A stretch of DNA of 64,000 nucleotides from Spirochaetia bacterium. Lineage in GTDB: Bacteria > Spirochaetota > Spirochaetia > SZUA-6 > Bin103. This document shows, one piece after another, positions 18,849 through 28,097 of the stretch. The first letter of the stretch is position 1, and each line of letters opens with the position of its first letter. A program made the translations under genes and the position numbers. Below the pieces are notes generated by a model, which worked only from the letters and a program-made list of their open reading frames with translations, was not told the DNA's origin and did no database searches. The stretch spans positions 608,001 through 672,000 of the forward strand of contig CBDAOI010000003.1 in NCBI GenBank assembly GCA_965198005.1, read 5' to 3'.

Positions 18849-20090
18849 ATGGTGGCGGACCTCGCGTGGGGGGCTGGGGCCGGGCTGGGGCTCGGTCTCG
18901 GGCTGGCTGCGCTGGGGGTGGCGCAACTCGTGCCGCCGCTGGTGAACTGGTGGCGTGCCGCCCGCTACCGCCAACCGCCGCCGGCGGCGTGGCCGGCAGT
19001 CCACCTGGTCGTCCCGTGCAAGGGCGGCGGCGCTCTGATGCGGCGCCAGCTCGCGGCCCTGGCCGCGCAGAGCTACCGGCCGCTGGTGCTGTCGTTCGTC
19101 ACCGAAAGCGAGGGGGACGCCGCCGTGCCGCTGATCCGGGCGCTGGCGGCGGCGCACGGGCACGTCCGCCACTTGGTGGCGGGTCTGGCGCACACCGGCT
19201 CGCAGAAGATTCACAACCTGCTGGCGGCGGTGGCGGCGGCGCCGCCGGAGACGGAGGTGTTCGCGTTCTGCGACGCGGATATCGAGCCGCGGCCGGAGCT
19301 GCTGCACAATCTGGTGGGGGCGCTGGTCGGCCGCGGGGCGACGGTCGCTACCGGCTACCGCTGGCTGGCGCCGCGCCGGGCCGGCCTGGGCGCACGGCTG
19401 CACGCGGTGCTCTCCGGCTACCTGGCGACCCTGATCGCATGGCCCGGCTCGCGCGTCGTGTGGGGCGGCACCTGGGCGATCCGCCGCCGGGACTGGGAGC
19501 GGCTGGGGGTCGCCGGCTACTGGCGCCGGCGCCTGTCCGACGATCTGTCCCTGCAGACCCTGCTGGAGCGGGACCGGGCGCGGCGCGAGTTCGTGCCGAC
19601 CTGCGTTTCCCGCACCGGCGAGGCGATTTCCCGCCTGCCCGACCTGATCGACTGGTTCAGCCGCCAGGTGTTCTACACGCGCCTGTACACGCCGCGGTGG
19701 TGGGCGGTCTCGGTGGTGGGGCTGATCGTGCTGGGCGCCGCGGTGGTGGCGGCGGTGGTGGCGGTGGGGCTGGCCCTGGCCGGTGGGCCGGGGGGCACGG
19801 CCGGGCCGTGGGCGGCGGCCGGCGGAACGGTTCTCCTGCTGGCGGTGCTGATCACACCGGCGCTGGTCGCCGCGCCCCGCCGCCGGCTGCTCACCTTTCC
19901 GCTCCTGTGGTGGGTGGGACTGGCGCCGCTGACCGGCGCGGTGGCCTTGATCAGCGCGCTGCGTTCGATTTTCATGCGCCGCGTCACCTGGGCTGACATC
20001 ACCTATACGTTCAACCGCGACGGCACGGTGCGGGACGTGTTCCACGGCGCCGGCCACGGCCGCAACGCGGACGTTCGCGAGGAGCAGTGA
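18849..20090 (+). CDS. GT2/GT21 membrane glycosyltransferase (ceramide glucosyltransferase/HpnI-like)
   Basis: VVPCKG, QKIHNL, FCDAD, LSDDL, WFSRQ and C-terminal TM helices. Confidence 0.75.
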   Translation: MVADLAWGAGAGLGLGLGLAALGVAQLVPPLVNWWRAARYRQPPPAAWPAVHLVVPCKGGGALMRRQLAALAAQSYRPLVLSFVTESEGDAAVPLIRALAAAHGHVRHLVAGLAHTGSQKIHNLLAAVAAAPPETEVFAFCDADIEPRPELLHNLVGALVGRGATVATGYRWLAPRRAGLGARLHAVLSGYLATLIAWPGSRVVWGGTWAIRRRDWERLGVAGYWRRRLSDDLSLQTLLERDRARREFVPTCVSRTGEAISRLPDLIDWFSRQVFYTRLYTPRWWAVSVVGLIVLGAAVVAAVVAVGLALAGGPGGTAGPWAAAGGTVLLLAVLITPALVAAPRRRLLTFPLLWWVGLAPLTGAVALISALRSIFMRRVTWADITYTFNRDGTVRDVFHGAGHGRNADVREEQ

Positions 20091-20932
20091 CCATGGAACG
20101 GACGAGAATCGCCTGCGGTCAGTTCGAGGCCCGGGCGGCCGACAAGCAGTACAACCTGAAGGTCATGCGGCGCCAGATGGGTGAGGCGGCCGCGGCCGGC
20201 TGCGCCGTCATCGTGTTCCCGGAGCTGATCGTGAGCGGCTATCTCGCAGCGCCGCGCATTCCGGCGCAGGCGGAGCCGCTGGGCGGAGCGAGTGTCGCCC
20301 GCGTCCGCCGGGACGCCGCCGCGGCGGGCATCGCGGTGGCGTTCGGGATGGCCGAGCAGGCGCCGGACGGTGCGCTCTACGACAGCCTGGTGGTGGTCAA
20401 CGCGCGCGGCGAGCTGGCCGGCTGCTATCGCAAGCTGCATCTGTTCGGGGCGGAGAACGAGTGGGCGGCCGCCGGTGACGAGGTGCCGTCGTTCACGTTC
20501 GGCGGAGTGGCGGCCAGCGGCTGGATCTGCTACGACACGCGGTTTCCGGAACTGGCGCGCAACGCGGCGCTGGCCGGCGCGGAGCTGGCGCTGGTGCCGA
20601 CGGCATGGTTGGGGCCGCCGGAGGAGTGGGAGCTGGCGGTGCGCGCGCGGGCGCTGGACAACAGCATGTTCGTAGCCGGTGCCGACCTCGTCAGCTTTGC
20701 TCCGGGTCTGCGCTGCCGCGGCCTGAGCCTGATCGCCGACCCACGCGGCGCGGTGCTGGCGCGTGCGGAATCCGACACCGACTGCGTGATCTGGGCCGAC
20801 CTGGACCCCGCGGCCCGGGCCGCGCAGCAGCAACGACTGGCATTGCTGCGCAACCGCCGCGCGGACCTGTTCGACCGGCAACCCGCCGCCGATCAGTCCG
20901 CCGACAGCTACTCGGCCCGCGGCAGCTCGTAG
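20087..20932 (+). CDS. Carbon-nitrogen hydrolase (nitrilase family)
   Basis: VFPEL, YRKLHLF, ICYDTRFPE (E-K-C triad). Confidence 0.9.
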   Translation: MTMERTRIACGQFEARAADKQYNLKVMRRQMGEAAAAGCAVIVFPELIVSGYLAAPRIPAQAEPLGGASVARVRRDAAAAGIAVAFGMAEQAPDGALYDSLVVVNARGELAGCYRKLHLFGAENEWAAAGDEVPSFTFGGVAASGWICYDTRFPELARNAALAGAELALVPTAWLGPPEEWELAVRARALDNSMFVAGADLVSFAPGLRCRGLSLIADPRGAVLARAESDTDCVIWADLDPAARAAQQQRLALLRNRRADLFDRQPAADQSADSYSARGSS

Positions 20933-21330
20933 TTGACCATCCAGTTGATCCCGAACCGGTCGGTCCAACTGGCGAAGTAGGCTCCCCAGAACGTCTCCTG
21001 CGGCGCCATCGTCACCGTGCCGCCCGCGGACAGCTTGGCGCACAGCTCGTCACACCGCTCCCGGCTCTCCACGTTGATTGAAATCGAGAAGTTGTTGCCG
21101 GTAACCAGCGGCGGGCCGAACGAGCTGTGGTCGCTGCCCATCAGCGCGCTCGCGCCAATCGGCAGCGATACGTGCATCAGCTTGTCCTTCTCCTCCTCCG
21201 GCACCGCCATGTCCGGCGGCGCATCGGCGAAGGTCGACAGGAATTGGAACTCACCGCCCAACACCGAGCGATAGAATTCGAATGCTTCACGGCAGGTGCC
21301 GTCGAACGTCAGGTACGTATTCAGTGACAT
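20908..21330 (-). CDS. VOC/PhnB family protein
   Basis: YLTFDG.CREAFEFY, LMGSD, TFWGAYF..TDRFGINWMV. Confidence 0.88.
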   Translation of the reverse strand: MSLNTYLTFDGTCREAFEFYRSVLGGEFQFLSTFADAPPDMAVPEEEKDKLMHVSLPIGASALMGSDHSSFGPPLVTGNNFSISINVESRERCDELCAKLSAGGTVTMAPQETFWGAYFASWTDRFGINWMVNYELPRAE

Positions 21331-21462
21331 GGATCTCCCCCATTGGAATGGTTTGCGTGGAATGGTCTGCGCCGGCTCATTCTCCCTGGTGTGGTCTGCG
21401 TGGTCAACGGCTTGACGTCTACCTCGGGGGAAGTGATTATACTCTAGGCAAGGAGTCATACC

Positions 21463-21741
21463 ATGGCGCATGTAGTAGGACACAAGGGCCAAGTTGTGAT
21501 CGCCAAGGAGATCCGCGACTCATTGGGAATCGCACCGGGGTGGATGTCGCTGCAACGGATCGTCGATGATCACGTGGAGATCCGATTCGTCCCGCCTGAA
21601 CATCGAGAGTCGTTGAAGGGAAGCCTCGCTCCTTATGTCACACGCCACATCCCTTCCAGTGCTGAATTCGCGGAAGCCAAGGAACGGGCTTGGCATAGTG
21701 CCGCTCATGAGCGATCGGGTCGGCAGGCGCGATCGAAGTGA
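21463..21741 (+). CDS. AbrB-fold VapB antitoxin
   Basis: VGHKGQVVIAKEIRDSLGIAPG; AAGGAG RBS. Confidence 0.85.
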   Translation: MAHVVGHKGQVVIAKEIRDSLGIAPGWMSLQRIVDDHVEIRFVPPEHRESLKGSLAPYVTRHIPSSAEFAEAKERAWHSAAHERSGRQARSK

Positions 21742-22151
21742 GCGATCTGATCGATACATCGCTTATCGTCCGGTACCTGACCGGCGATCCACCTCACCTG
21801 GCGGATCTCAGCGCACAGTTGATCGACGGCGAGGCCAATCTGACTATCACCGACGTCGTGCTCGTGGAGTCGGCCTACGTGCTCCGCTCGGTGTATGGCG
21901 TTCCGCGCGAAAGGATTGTCGATCAACTCGTCGCACTGCTGTGCAGGGCGAACATCGGCACCTTCCCGATGCGGAAGGAGCAGATGATCGAGGCGCTCCA
22001 GTTGTGCCGTCCGTCGGGACGGGTATCGTTTGGCGACGCCATGATATGGGCCGTGGCCCGGTTCACCGGACAGGCCATATTCACCCTCGACGAACGGTTT
22101 CCAGGAGCGGGGATAACCAGACATCGGCTCACGCAGGATACAGGTCGATAG
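21738..22151 (+). CDS. PIN-domain VapC toxin
   Basis: LIDTSLIVRYL, VLVESAYVL, SFGDAMI, IFTLDERF. Confidence 0.88.
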   Translation: MSDLIDTSLIVRYLTGDPPHLADLSAQLIDGEANLTITDVVLVESAYVLRSVYGVPRERIVDQLVALLCRANIGTFPMRKEQMIEALQLCRPSGRVSFGDAMIWAVARFTGQAIFTLDERFPGAGITRHRLTQDTGR

Positions 22152-22231
22152 AGATCCCGCCCGTCGGACGCCGTCGGATGGCGGAGCTCGCGTAGGTTCG
22201 CGCATCACGGCAGCAGGCCACCTCAGATGCG

Positions 22232-22305
22232 GGCGCCGATGCGGTTGCCGGACTCGTAGCGGCGCAGGCCCAGGGCGAAGACAACCCAGGCGGCCGCGAT
22301 CGCGC
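22232..22305 (-). pseudogene. C-terminal scrap of an ABC-2 type permease
   Basis: AAWVVFALGLRRYESGNRIGARI* resembles ABC-2 family permease C-termini. Confidence 0.5.
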
Positions 22306-22318
22306 GCGCACCACCGCC

Positions 22319-24382
22319 TCAACCGTCCCTGCCGGCCGCTCTCGGGAGCTCTCCGGTCGAGCGCACGAATACGCCTTGGGCCACCAGCTTGCGGCGCACC
22401 GCCGCCGGGAGCTCGGAGCGTCCCACCAACTCCACCGCGCTGTCCGACAGCCGGCGCCCGTGCTTGCCGAGCGCCCCCAGGACGCGGAGCGCGGTCTCCG
22501 CATCGTGGCAGTCGAGCACCACCGCCGGGCGCATGTCGACCCGGCGCACCCCGGCCGCCCAGTCCTCGATCTGGCGCTGCACATTGGGGGGCAGCGGCTG
22601 CTGCGACAGGTCGCCGGCCGTTGCGACTATCTGCTTGGCCGCGTGGCCGGCCAATACCGCGCGGTGCACCGACTCCCTGGTGATGACGAACAGCGTTCCC
22701 ACCGCGTCCGGTCCTTTGAGCGCCGGCGTCGGCGCGGCAAAGCTGCGCGCCCGAACCTGGTCGATCGGTGACGGCCCCAGAAAGACAATCTCGAAATTGG
22801 GCTGCACGATTGCTGCGCCGATTTTGGCGGGCGCGTCGAGTGTGAAGTCGTCCACCTCGCCGAGGAGGTAGCGGCCGATGTCGGTCAGGCGAAAGCCGAC
22901 CGCACCGCCGGCAAGTGGTCCCAGGGCCGCGCCGCCGAGCGAGATCAGCCGCTCATAAAAGAACGCCGTGAGGATCGCTCCCCAGATCCGTTCCGCGCGG
23001 TCGCGTCGGCCGTATCTCAGAGTGCCGGGATCATCCTCGAGCAAAGGGTTGCGTTCTTCGCAATGAAAGCGGATGAAAGCCTCCAGATCGAGGATGGCGT
23101 CCCGGCCGACCGTACGAAAGGCATCGGTGACCCCGGCATCGACTCTGCGGTCATACCAGATCTCGTCCAGCTCACGCAGCAGAGGCACGTAACTCAGGTA
23201 GACCTCTTCCTCGTCATAGGCGTAGCGCGGCCGCTCCAGCGCGTCCCGGCGCAGGGAGTCCAGGATTCGCTGCAGGCGGTGCTTCGCGTCGAGCAACAGC
23301 CAGCGCTGCCCGCGATCGGTCACCATCAGCCGGCGGTTGTTGCCGGGTCCAACGCGCGCTTCTGCCAGCTCGAGCAGTTGCGCGAAGCTGGTCGCCCGCA
23401 AGATGCGTGTTTCGTTGCTCAGGCGCGTGCCGGCACGGCCGACCCAGGCCGGCAGCACGGCCAACCTGGCGCCGAGGGCGGTGCGCGCCCGCGCGTACAG
23501 CGCGCCGCCGCCGGCTTTGAGGCGGGGCGGTTCGACAATTGCTTCGATCAGGAGGGTGGCCAGGTCCTCCAGCAGGAGCGGGCGGCAGACCACGTCCCCG
23601 CCACTGAACCTGGCCGACTCCGGCGCGGCGGTGCGCCCGCGGTGCAGACGTTCGAGGGCGGGCAGCCAGACGCCGATGAAGGGCAGCATGGTCGCGTCGA
23701 CGGAAGTCAGGAGCAACGCCTCGCCGCAGGCGAACGCGAGGCCGGCCGCCAGCGCTGCGCGGTGCCCGCCGCGGTCAGCCGCCTCGACCAACTCAGTGAG
23801 CGCGATCGGAGCGCCCCGCTGCGCCACCGTCTCGATCAGCTTCCTGGCGGTGGCGACGGCGGCCGGCCGCGCCTGCCGCCAGCGGTCGTAGTGGTGGAAC
23901 ACCAGGGGAGGAGGTCCGGAACCGGGCTCTCCCTGCCACTCCAGGAATTGGCGCAGCCAGTCTACCTCGTGCATCTCGACGGCGAGTTGGTCGCGGCGGC
24001 TGTCTGCGTCGCGGCGGCTGAGCGCGGCGATCTCCTGCATCGTGTAGTGGTGAAGCAGATAATTTGACAGCACGTCATTGCTGCGCCGGCGATCGTGGAT
24101 CGCGGTATGACCGGAGTAACGTACGTCGTCGAGTGCGCGCAATGCCCGCAGCAGGAACCGCCGCGGCTGGGGCACGATGAGGCGGGGTTCGTGCGTGGTC
24201 AGCGCCGGCTGCAGCCAGCCACGGTCGATCAGATCGGCCATGCCCGCGGTCTGCTTGGTTCGGTATGCGCCGCCACTGCCCCGGCTGATGTCGATCAGCA
24301 ACTGCCGGCGATTGTCCGACAACGCCTCCCAATCCGGGAGCTGAGCGAACAGCTCCAGCCAGTTCCACTCGAGGATCTTCAT
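22319..24382 (-). CDS. Helicase-associated (XPB/Ssl2 N-terminal-like, Helicase_C_3) domain protein
   Basis: C-terminal IVQPNFEIV..ITRESV.RA..G..LPPNV..I.DW; no Walker motifs. Confidence 0.7.
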   Translation of the reverse strand: MKILEWNWLELFAQLPDWEALSDNRRQLLIDISRGSGGAYRTKQTAGMADLIDRGWLQPALTTHEPRLIVPQPRRFLLRALRALDDVRYSGHTAIHDRRRSNDVLSNYLLHHYTMQEIAALSRRDADSRRDQLAVEMHEVDWLRQFLEWQGEPGSGPPPLVFHHYDRWRQARPAAVATARKLIETVAQRGAPIALTELVEAADRGGHRAALAAGLAFACGEALLLTSVDATMLPFIGVWLPALERLHRGRTAAPESARFSGGDVVCRPLLLEDLATLLIEAIVEPPRLKAGGGALYARARTALGARLAVLPAWVGRAGTRLSNETRILRATSFAQLLELAEARVGPGNNRRLMVTDRGQRWLLLDAKHRLQRILDSLRRDALERPRYAYDEEEVYLSYVPLLRELDEIWYDRRVDAGVTDAFRTVGRDAILDLEAFIRFHCEERNPLLEDDPGTLRYGRRDRAERIWGAILTAFFYERLISLGGAALGPLAGGAVGFRLTDIGRYLLGEVDDFTLDAPAKIGAAIVQPNFEIVFLGPSPIDQVRARSFAAPTPALKGPDAVGTLFVITRESVHRAVLAGHAAKQIVATAGDLSQQPLPPNVQRQIEDWAAGVRRVDMRPAVVLDCHDAETALRVLGALGKHGRRLSDSAVELVGRSELPAAVRRKLVAQGVFVRSTGELPRAAGRDG

Positions 24383-24553
24383 GGGCGCGGCCCGCCGAGC
24401 ATGGCGCCGTTGCCCGCGGCGCACCAGAGATGGAGGTATGTGACCCGGTGTGTGACGCGCGGTGTGACAGCAGCGTTGTCATGGCGCGCATGCGATCGCT
24501 GCACCGGCGCCGGTGGTGCGCGGTTGCCCGTTGCGGAGTGCTTGCTCGTCACG

Positions 24554-24943
24554 TTACGCGCTCAGCGCACGCGCGGCGACAATGCCGGCAGTCGTGGCCA
24601 GCAGGCAGCCGCCAACGTTCAAGCCGATGTTGGAGAGCAATGCCAGCCAGCGACCACCCTGCCACAGCAGCGCCGTCTCGTAGCTGAACGCCGAGAACGT
24701 GGTGAACGCGCCCAGGAAGCCCACCATCGCCAGTAACCGGAACGAACTGCCGGCGAATACCCGCTCGGCGAGCGCGGTCACCAGGAAGCCGAGCGCCAGC
24801 GAACCGATGAGGTTCACGGCCAGGGTGCCGTAGGGGAAGTTCGCGGTGCGGGCCTGGATCCATTCGGTGACGAGGAACCTTCCCACCGCTCCGAAAAATC
24901 CGCCGACGCCGACCAGCGCACCGTCACGCAACCAGTCGCTCAT
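24554..24943 (-). CDS. crcB: Fluoride efflux channel
   Basis: GGFFGAVGR, FPYGTLAVNLIGS, GFLGAFTTFSAF..E. Confidence 0.93.
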   Translation of the reverse strand: MSDWLRDGALVGVGGFFGAVGRFLVTEWIQARTANFPYGTLAVNLIGSLALGFLVTALAERVFAGSSFRLLAMVGFLGAFTTFSAFSYETALLWQGGRWLALLSNIGLNVGGCLLATTAGIVAARALSA

Positions 24944-25029
24944 TGGGCGAGGATGTGTTCGAGCGACCGCGGGCCTTCGACTTCGAGGTCGCAGTTGATG
25001 AACCGTACCGCCATCCCCGAGACGGCCCG

Positions 25030-25830
25030 CTAGACCAGACCGGTGAGTTCCGAGCTGACGCGCCACAGCTCCGCCGCCAGGCGCCGGTCGCCGGCCGTGG
25101 ACGAGGCGCGTGCCCGCCGCCGGTTGACGAAGTACGCGCCGCTGACGTCGGCCACCTCCGGGGCGAGTGCGAGGTGCACCGGGGTGCGGGCGCCGGTGGC
25201 CACCGGACTGCCGCCGCCGAAGTTCACGTGCAGCAGCTTGGTGTCGATGACGCCCGGATGCAGGAAGTTGACGGTAACTTCGCGGGGATCCAGAAGGCGC
25301 GCCAGCTCGCAGGTGAACAGGGCGTTGGCCAGCTTGGAGTTGCAATACGCCTGCCAGCCGTCGAATCTGCGCTCCATCTGCAGGTCATCGAAGTCGATAT
25401 GCCCGCTGCTGTGCGCGCCCGAGCTGACGTTGACGATGCGTGCGGGGGCGCTCGCCCGCAGCCGGTCGAGCAGCAGGTTGGTGAGCAGGAAGGGCGCGAG
25501 GTGGTTGACGGCGAAGGTGCTCTCGTAGCCGTCGGTGGAGGTGTTGCGGCGCCGCACGGCGATGCCGGCGTTGTTGATCAGCACGTCGAGCCGCGGGCAG
25601 GTGCGCAGGACCTGCTCCGCCAGCGCCCGCACTTCGGCCAGCACCGCGAAGTCGGCGGCTACGGGAGTCACCTGCCGGTTGCCGGTGGCTGCGGCGATCG
25701 CACGCGCCGCGGCGCTGGCGCGCGCTGCGTTGCGCCCGTGCACGATCACGGCGCAACCCTGCCCGGCCAGCGCCAGGGCGGTAGCGCGCCCGATGCCGTC
25801 GGTGCTGCCCGTTACCAGAATCGTCTTCAC
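25030..25830 (-). CDS. SDR oxidoreductase (retinol dehydrogenase-like)
   Basis: VTGSTDGIG, LINNAG, FAVNHLAPFLLT, YCNSK, LHPGVIDT. Confidence 0.9.
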   Translation of the reverse strand: MKTILVTGSTDGIGRATALALAGQGCAVIVHGRNAARASAAARAIAAATGNRQVTPVAADFAVLAEVRALAEQVLRTCPRLDVLINNAGIAVRRRNTSTDGYESTFAVNHLAPFLLTNLLLDRLRASAPARIVNVSSGAHSSGHIDFDDLQMERRFDGWQAYCNSKLANALFTCELARLLDPREVTVNFLHPGVIDTKLLHVNFGGGSPVATGARTPVHLALAPEVADVSGAYFVNRRRARASSTAGDRRLAAELWRVSSELTGLV

Positions 25831-25852
25831 GCGTGCGAGTATGACATGGACG

Positions 25853-26125
25853 CTACACCCACTGCTGCGTCCGCACCGCAAACGCCTCCGTGGTGTAGGA
25901 CTGGAACAGGACCCGCCCGTCGAACGCCAGGAGCTGCCGCAGCCGTTGCCGGTAGCCGGGGTGATCGATCATCTCCTCGGCGGCGGCCTTCGGGACCCAC
26001 GCTGCGGCGATGGTCTCGTCGCCCGCCTGGGCGTCTCCAGACAGCGAGGAGCCGAGAAAGTCGAAATCACTCGGCCGGTTGGACACTGGGGGGCGCTGCC
26101 GGTAGCTTGGGGCGGTCTCGTCCAT
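25853..26125 (-). CDS. Hypothetical protein
   Basis: ORF fills the intergenic gap with plausible composition; no recognisable motif. Confidence 0.35.
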   Translation of the reverse strand: MDETAPSYRQRPPVSNRPSDFDFLGSSLSGDAQAGDETIAAAWVPKAAAEEMIDHPGYRQRLRQLLAFDGRVLFQSYTTEAFAVRTQQWV

Positions 26126-26170
26126 GTCTCTTGCCAATCAGCTTCGCTGTAGCCCGCCGCGGTCATCCGC

Positions 26171-27874
26171 ATGAGCGATGCGCTGGTGCGCGACCTGCAC
26201 CGGATCGACGGACGGCCCTACGGCTACTATCGCGATCTGCGTGGCCGCCGCTACGCGTTGCCGAGCGGCACGCTCACCTTCGACCACGTGCAGGGCGATC
26301 CGTTCGCCGCGCCCAGCCGGCTGCGGGTCGACGTTCCGACCGGCGTGCTGCGATTGCCCGGCTGGGCCCGGGCCGACAGCGACGCACGGCGGGCAACGGC
26401 CGACTATCTGCAGCGGGCGCTGTATCCGGCGCTGGCCGGGGCAGCCGGCGGTTCCGGCAGCGGCCGCAGCGGGCTGCTGGAGATTGCCCCTGCCGGGCAG
26501 GAGGTGCTGGACCGCACCGGCGTGGCGGTCGACGCCGAGGGTGGCGCCCGCGTGCGGCTGTCTGCCGGACTGCCGGCGGCGGGACGGCGGATCCTGGGCC
26601 GGGCCGCGGCCGAGCTGCTGGCCGGCCGGCTCGACGCCGCGGTGCGGGGCGTTGCGGAGCGGCTGGACTTCAGCAGGTTGCGCACCCACGTACGGGTGGT
26701 GGAGGACCAGGTTGCCCTGCGCGCCCGGCTCCGCGAGCGCGGGCTGATTGGGTTTCTGGCCGACGGCAGCATCCTGCCGCGTCGCAGCGGCGCCGACCCG
26801 CGGCCGCTCGGCGGGGCGTTGCCGCTGGACGCACCGGCGGCGCTGGCGGTGGAACTGCAGGCGCCGCACGCCGGAACGCTGCGCGGTCTGGGGATCCGCG
26901 CCGGGGTCACGCTGATCGTGGGCGGCGGCTACCACGGCAAGTCGACCCTGCTGCAGGCGCTCGCCCTCGGGGTCTACGACCACCTGCCGGGCGACGGGCG
27001 CGAGCGCTGCGTCTCCGCGGAGGAGCTGGTGAGCGTGCGCGCCGAGGACGGCCGGGCGGTGCGTGGCGTGTGTCTGACGCCGTTCATTGGCGCCCTGCCA
27101 CTGGGACGCGACACCGGCTTCTTCGACAGCGACGATGCCTCCGGCAGCACCTCCCAGGCCGCGGCCATCGTCGAAGCGCTGGAGGTGGGCGCGACCGGGC
27201 TGCTGATCGACGAGGACACGGCGGCCACCAACTTCATGATCCGCGACGCGCGCATGCGCCGCCTGGTGCCGGGGGCGGATGAACCGATCACGCCGTTCAT
27301 CGACCGCGTGCGCCAGCTCTGGGAGGAGCGCGGCGTATCGTCGGTGCTGGTGGTGGGCGGCGCCGGCGACTACCTGGACGTCGCCGACTGCGTCATCCGG
27401 ATGGACGCCTACCGGCCGCGCGAGGTGACGGCGCAGGCGCGGGCGGTGGCGGCCGCGCAGCCGTTGGGAGACGCGGCGCCGCGAGCCCCCGGCGCCTGGC
27501 CGCCGAGCCCGCCGCGCGTGCCGTTGCCGGAGAGTCTCGATCCGCGCCGCGGCCGGCGCCCGGAACGGGTGCGCGCCGTAAAGACGCGGGCCATCGAATT
27601 CGGGCACGAGGAGATCGACGTCAGCCTGCTGTACCAGCTCGTGGACGCGGCGCAGTGCCGCATGATCGGCGACCTGCTGCTGCGCCTCACGCGCGGCCTG
27701 TGCGACGGCCGCCGCGACCTGCGCCGCATCCTCGCCGCACTCGAGGCCGACCTGCAGGAGCACGGTCTCGATTCCCTGGCGCAGGAGAGCTTCGGCGACC
27801 GGGCGCGGCCGCGACGCTTCGAGGTGGCGGCCGCCATCAACCGCCTGCGCAGCCTGCGCGTGGCCTCGGGTTGA
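26171..27874 (+). CDS. ABC-class ATPase domain protein (COG3044-like)
   Basis: DHVQGDPFAAPS, GGGYHGKST, DASGSTSQAA, LIDEDTAATNFMIRD. Confidence 0.9.
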   Translation: MSDALVRDLHRIDGRPYGYYRDLRGRRYALPSGTLTFDHVQGDPFAAPSRLRVDVPTGVLRLPGWARADSDARRATADYLQRALYPALAGAAGGSGSGRSGLLEIAPAGQEVLDRTGVAVDAEGGARVRLSAGLPAAGRRILGRAAAELLAGRLDAAVRGVAERLDFSRLRTHVRVVEDQVALRARLRERGLIGFLADGSILPRRSGADPRPLGGALPLDAPAALAVELQAPHAGTLRGLGIRAGVTLIVGGGYHGKSTLLQALALGVYDHLPGDGRERCVSAEELVSVRAEDGRAVRGVCLTPFIGALPLGRDTGFFDSDDASGSTSQAAAIVEALEVGATGLLIDEDTAATNFMIRDARMRRLVPGADEPITPFIDRVRQLWEERGVSSVLVVGGAGDYLDVADCVIRMDAYRPREVTAQARAVAAAQPLGDAAPRAPGAWPPSPPRVPLPESLDPRRGRRPERVRAVKTRAIEFGHEEIDVSLLYQLVDAAQCRMIGDLLLRLTRGLCDGRRDLRRILAALEADLQEHGLDSLAQESFGDRARPRRFEVAAAINRLRSLRVASG

Positions 27875-28097
27875 AATTCTCCATCGTAGTAGCCGCGATA
27901 CGGCAGGTTGAAATAACGTGGCCCACTCAATTCTGATCGGGGCGGATCTTGGTTCCACCGTCCGTCCCACACACGTGCCGCCGCCCGGGACCGCGAACGC
28001 CGCGAGCGTGCGGCCGAGAAACCCCACACGTGACGGTTGCCGGTTGCCGAGTGGCTGGCCGGTGGTTAGTGTGGCGCATGGGTGGTGAAATGTGTGC

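Noticed and set aside
24944-25029. Fluoride riboswitch upstream of crcB
   Set aside because: GGGGATGG is present but the pairing and downstream CUGAUGAC-like elements are not; the region reads as a short truncated ORF (MAVRFINCDLEVE...)
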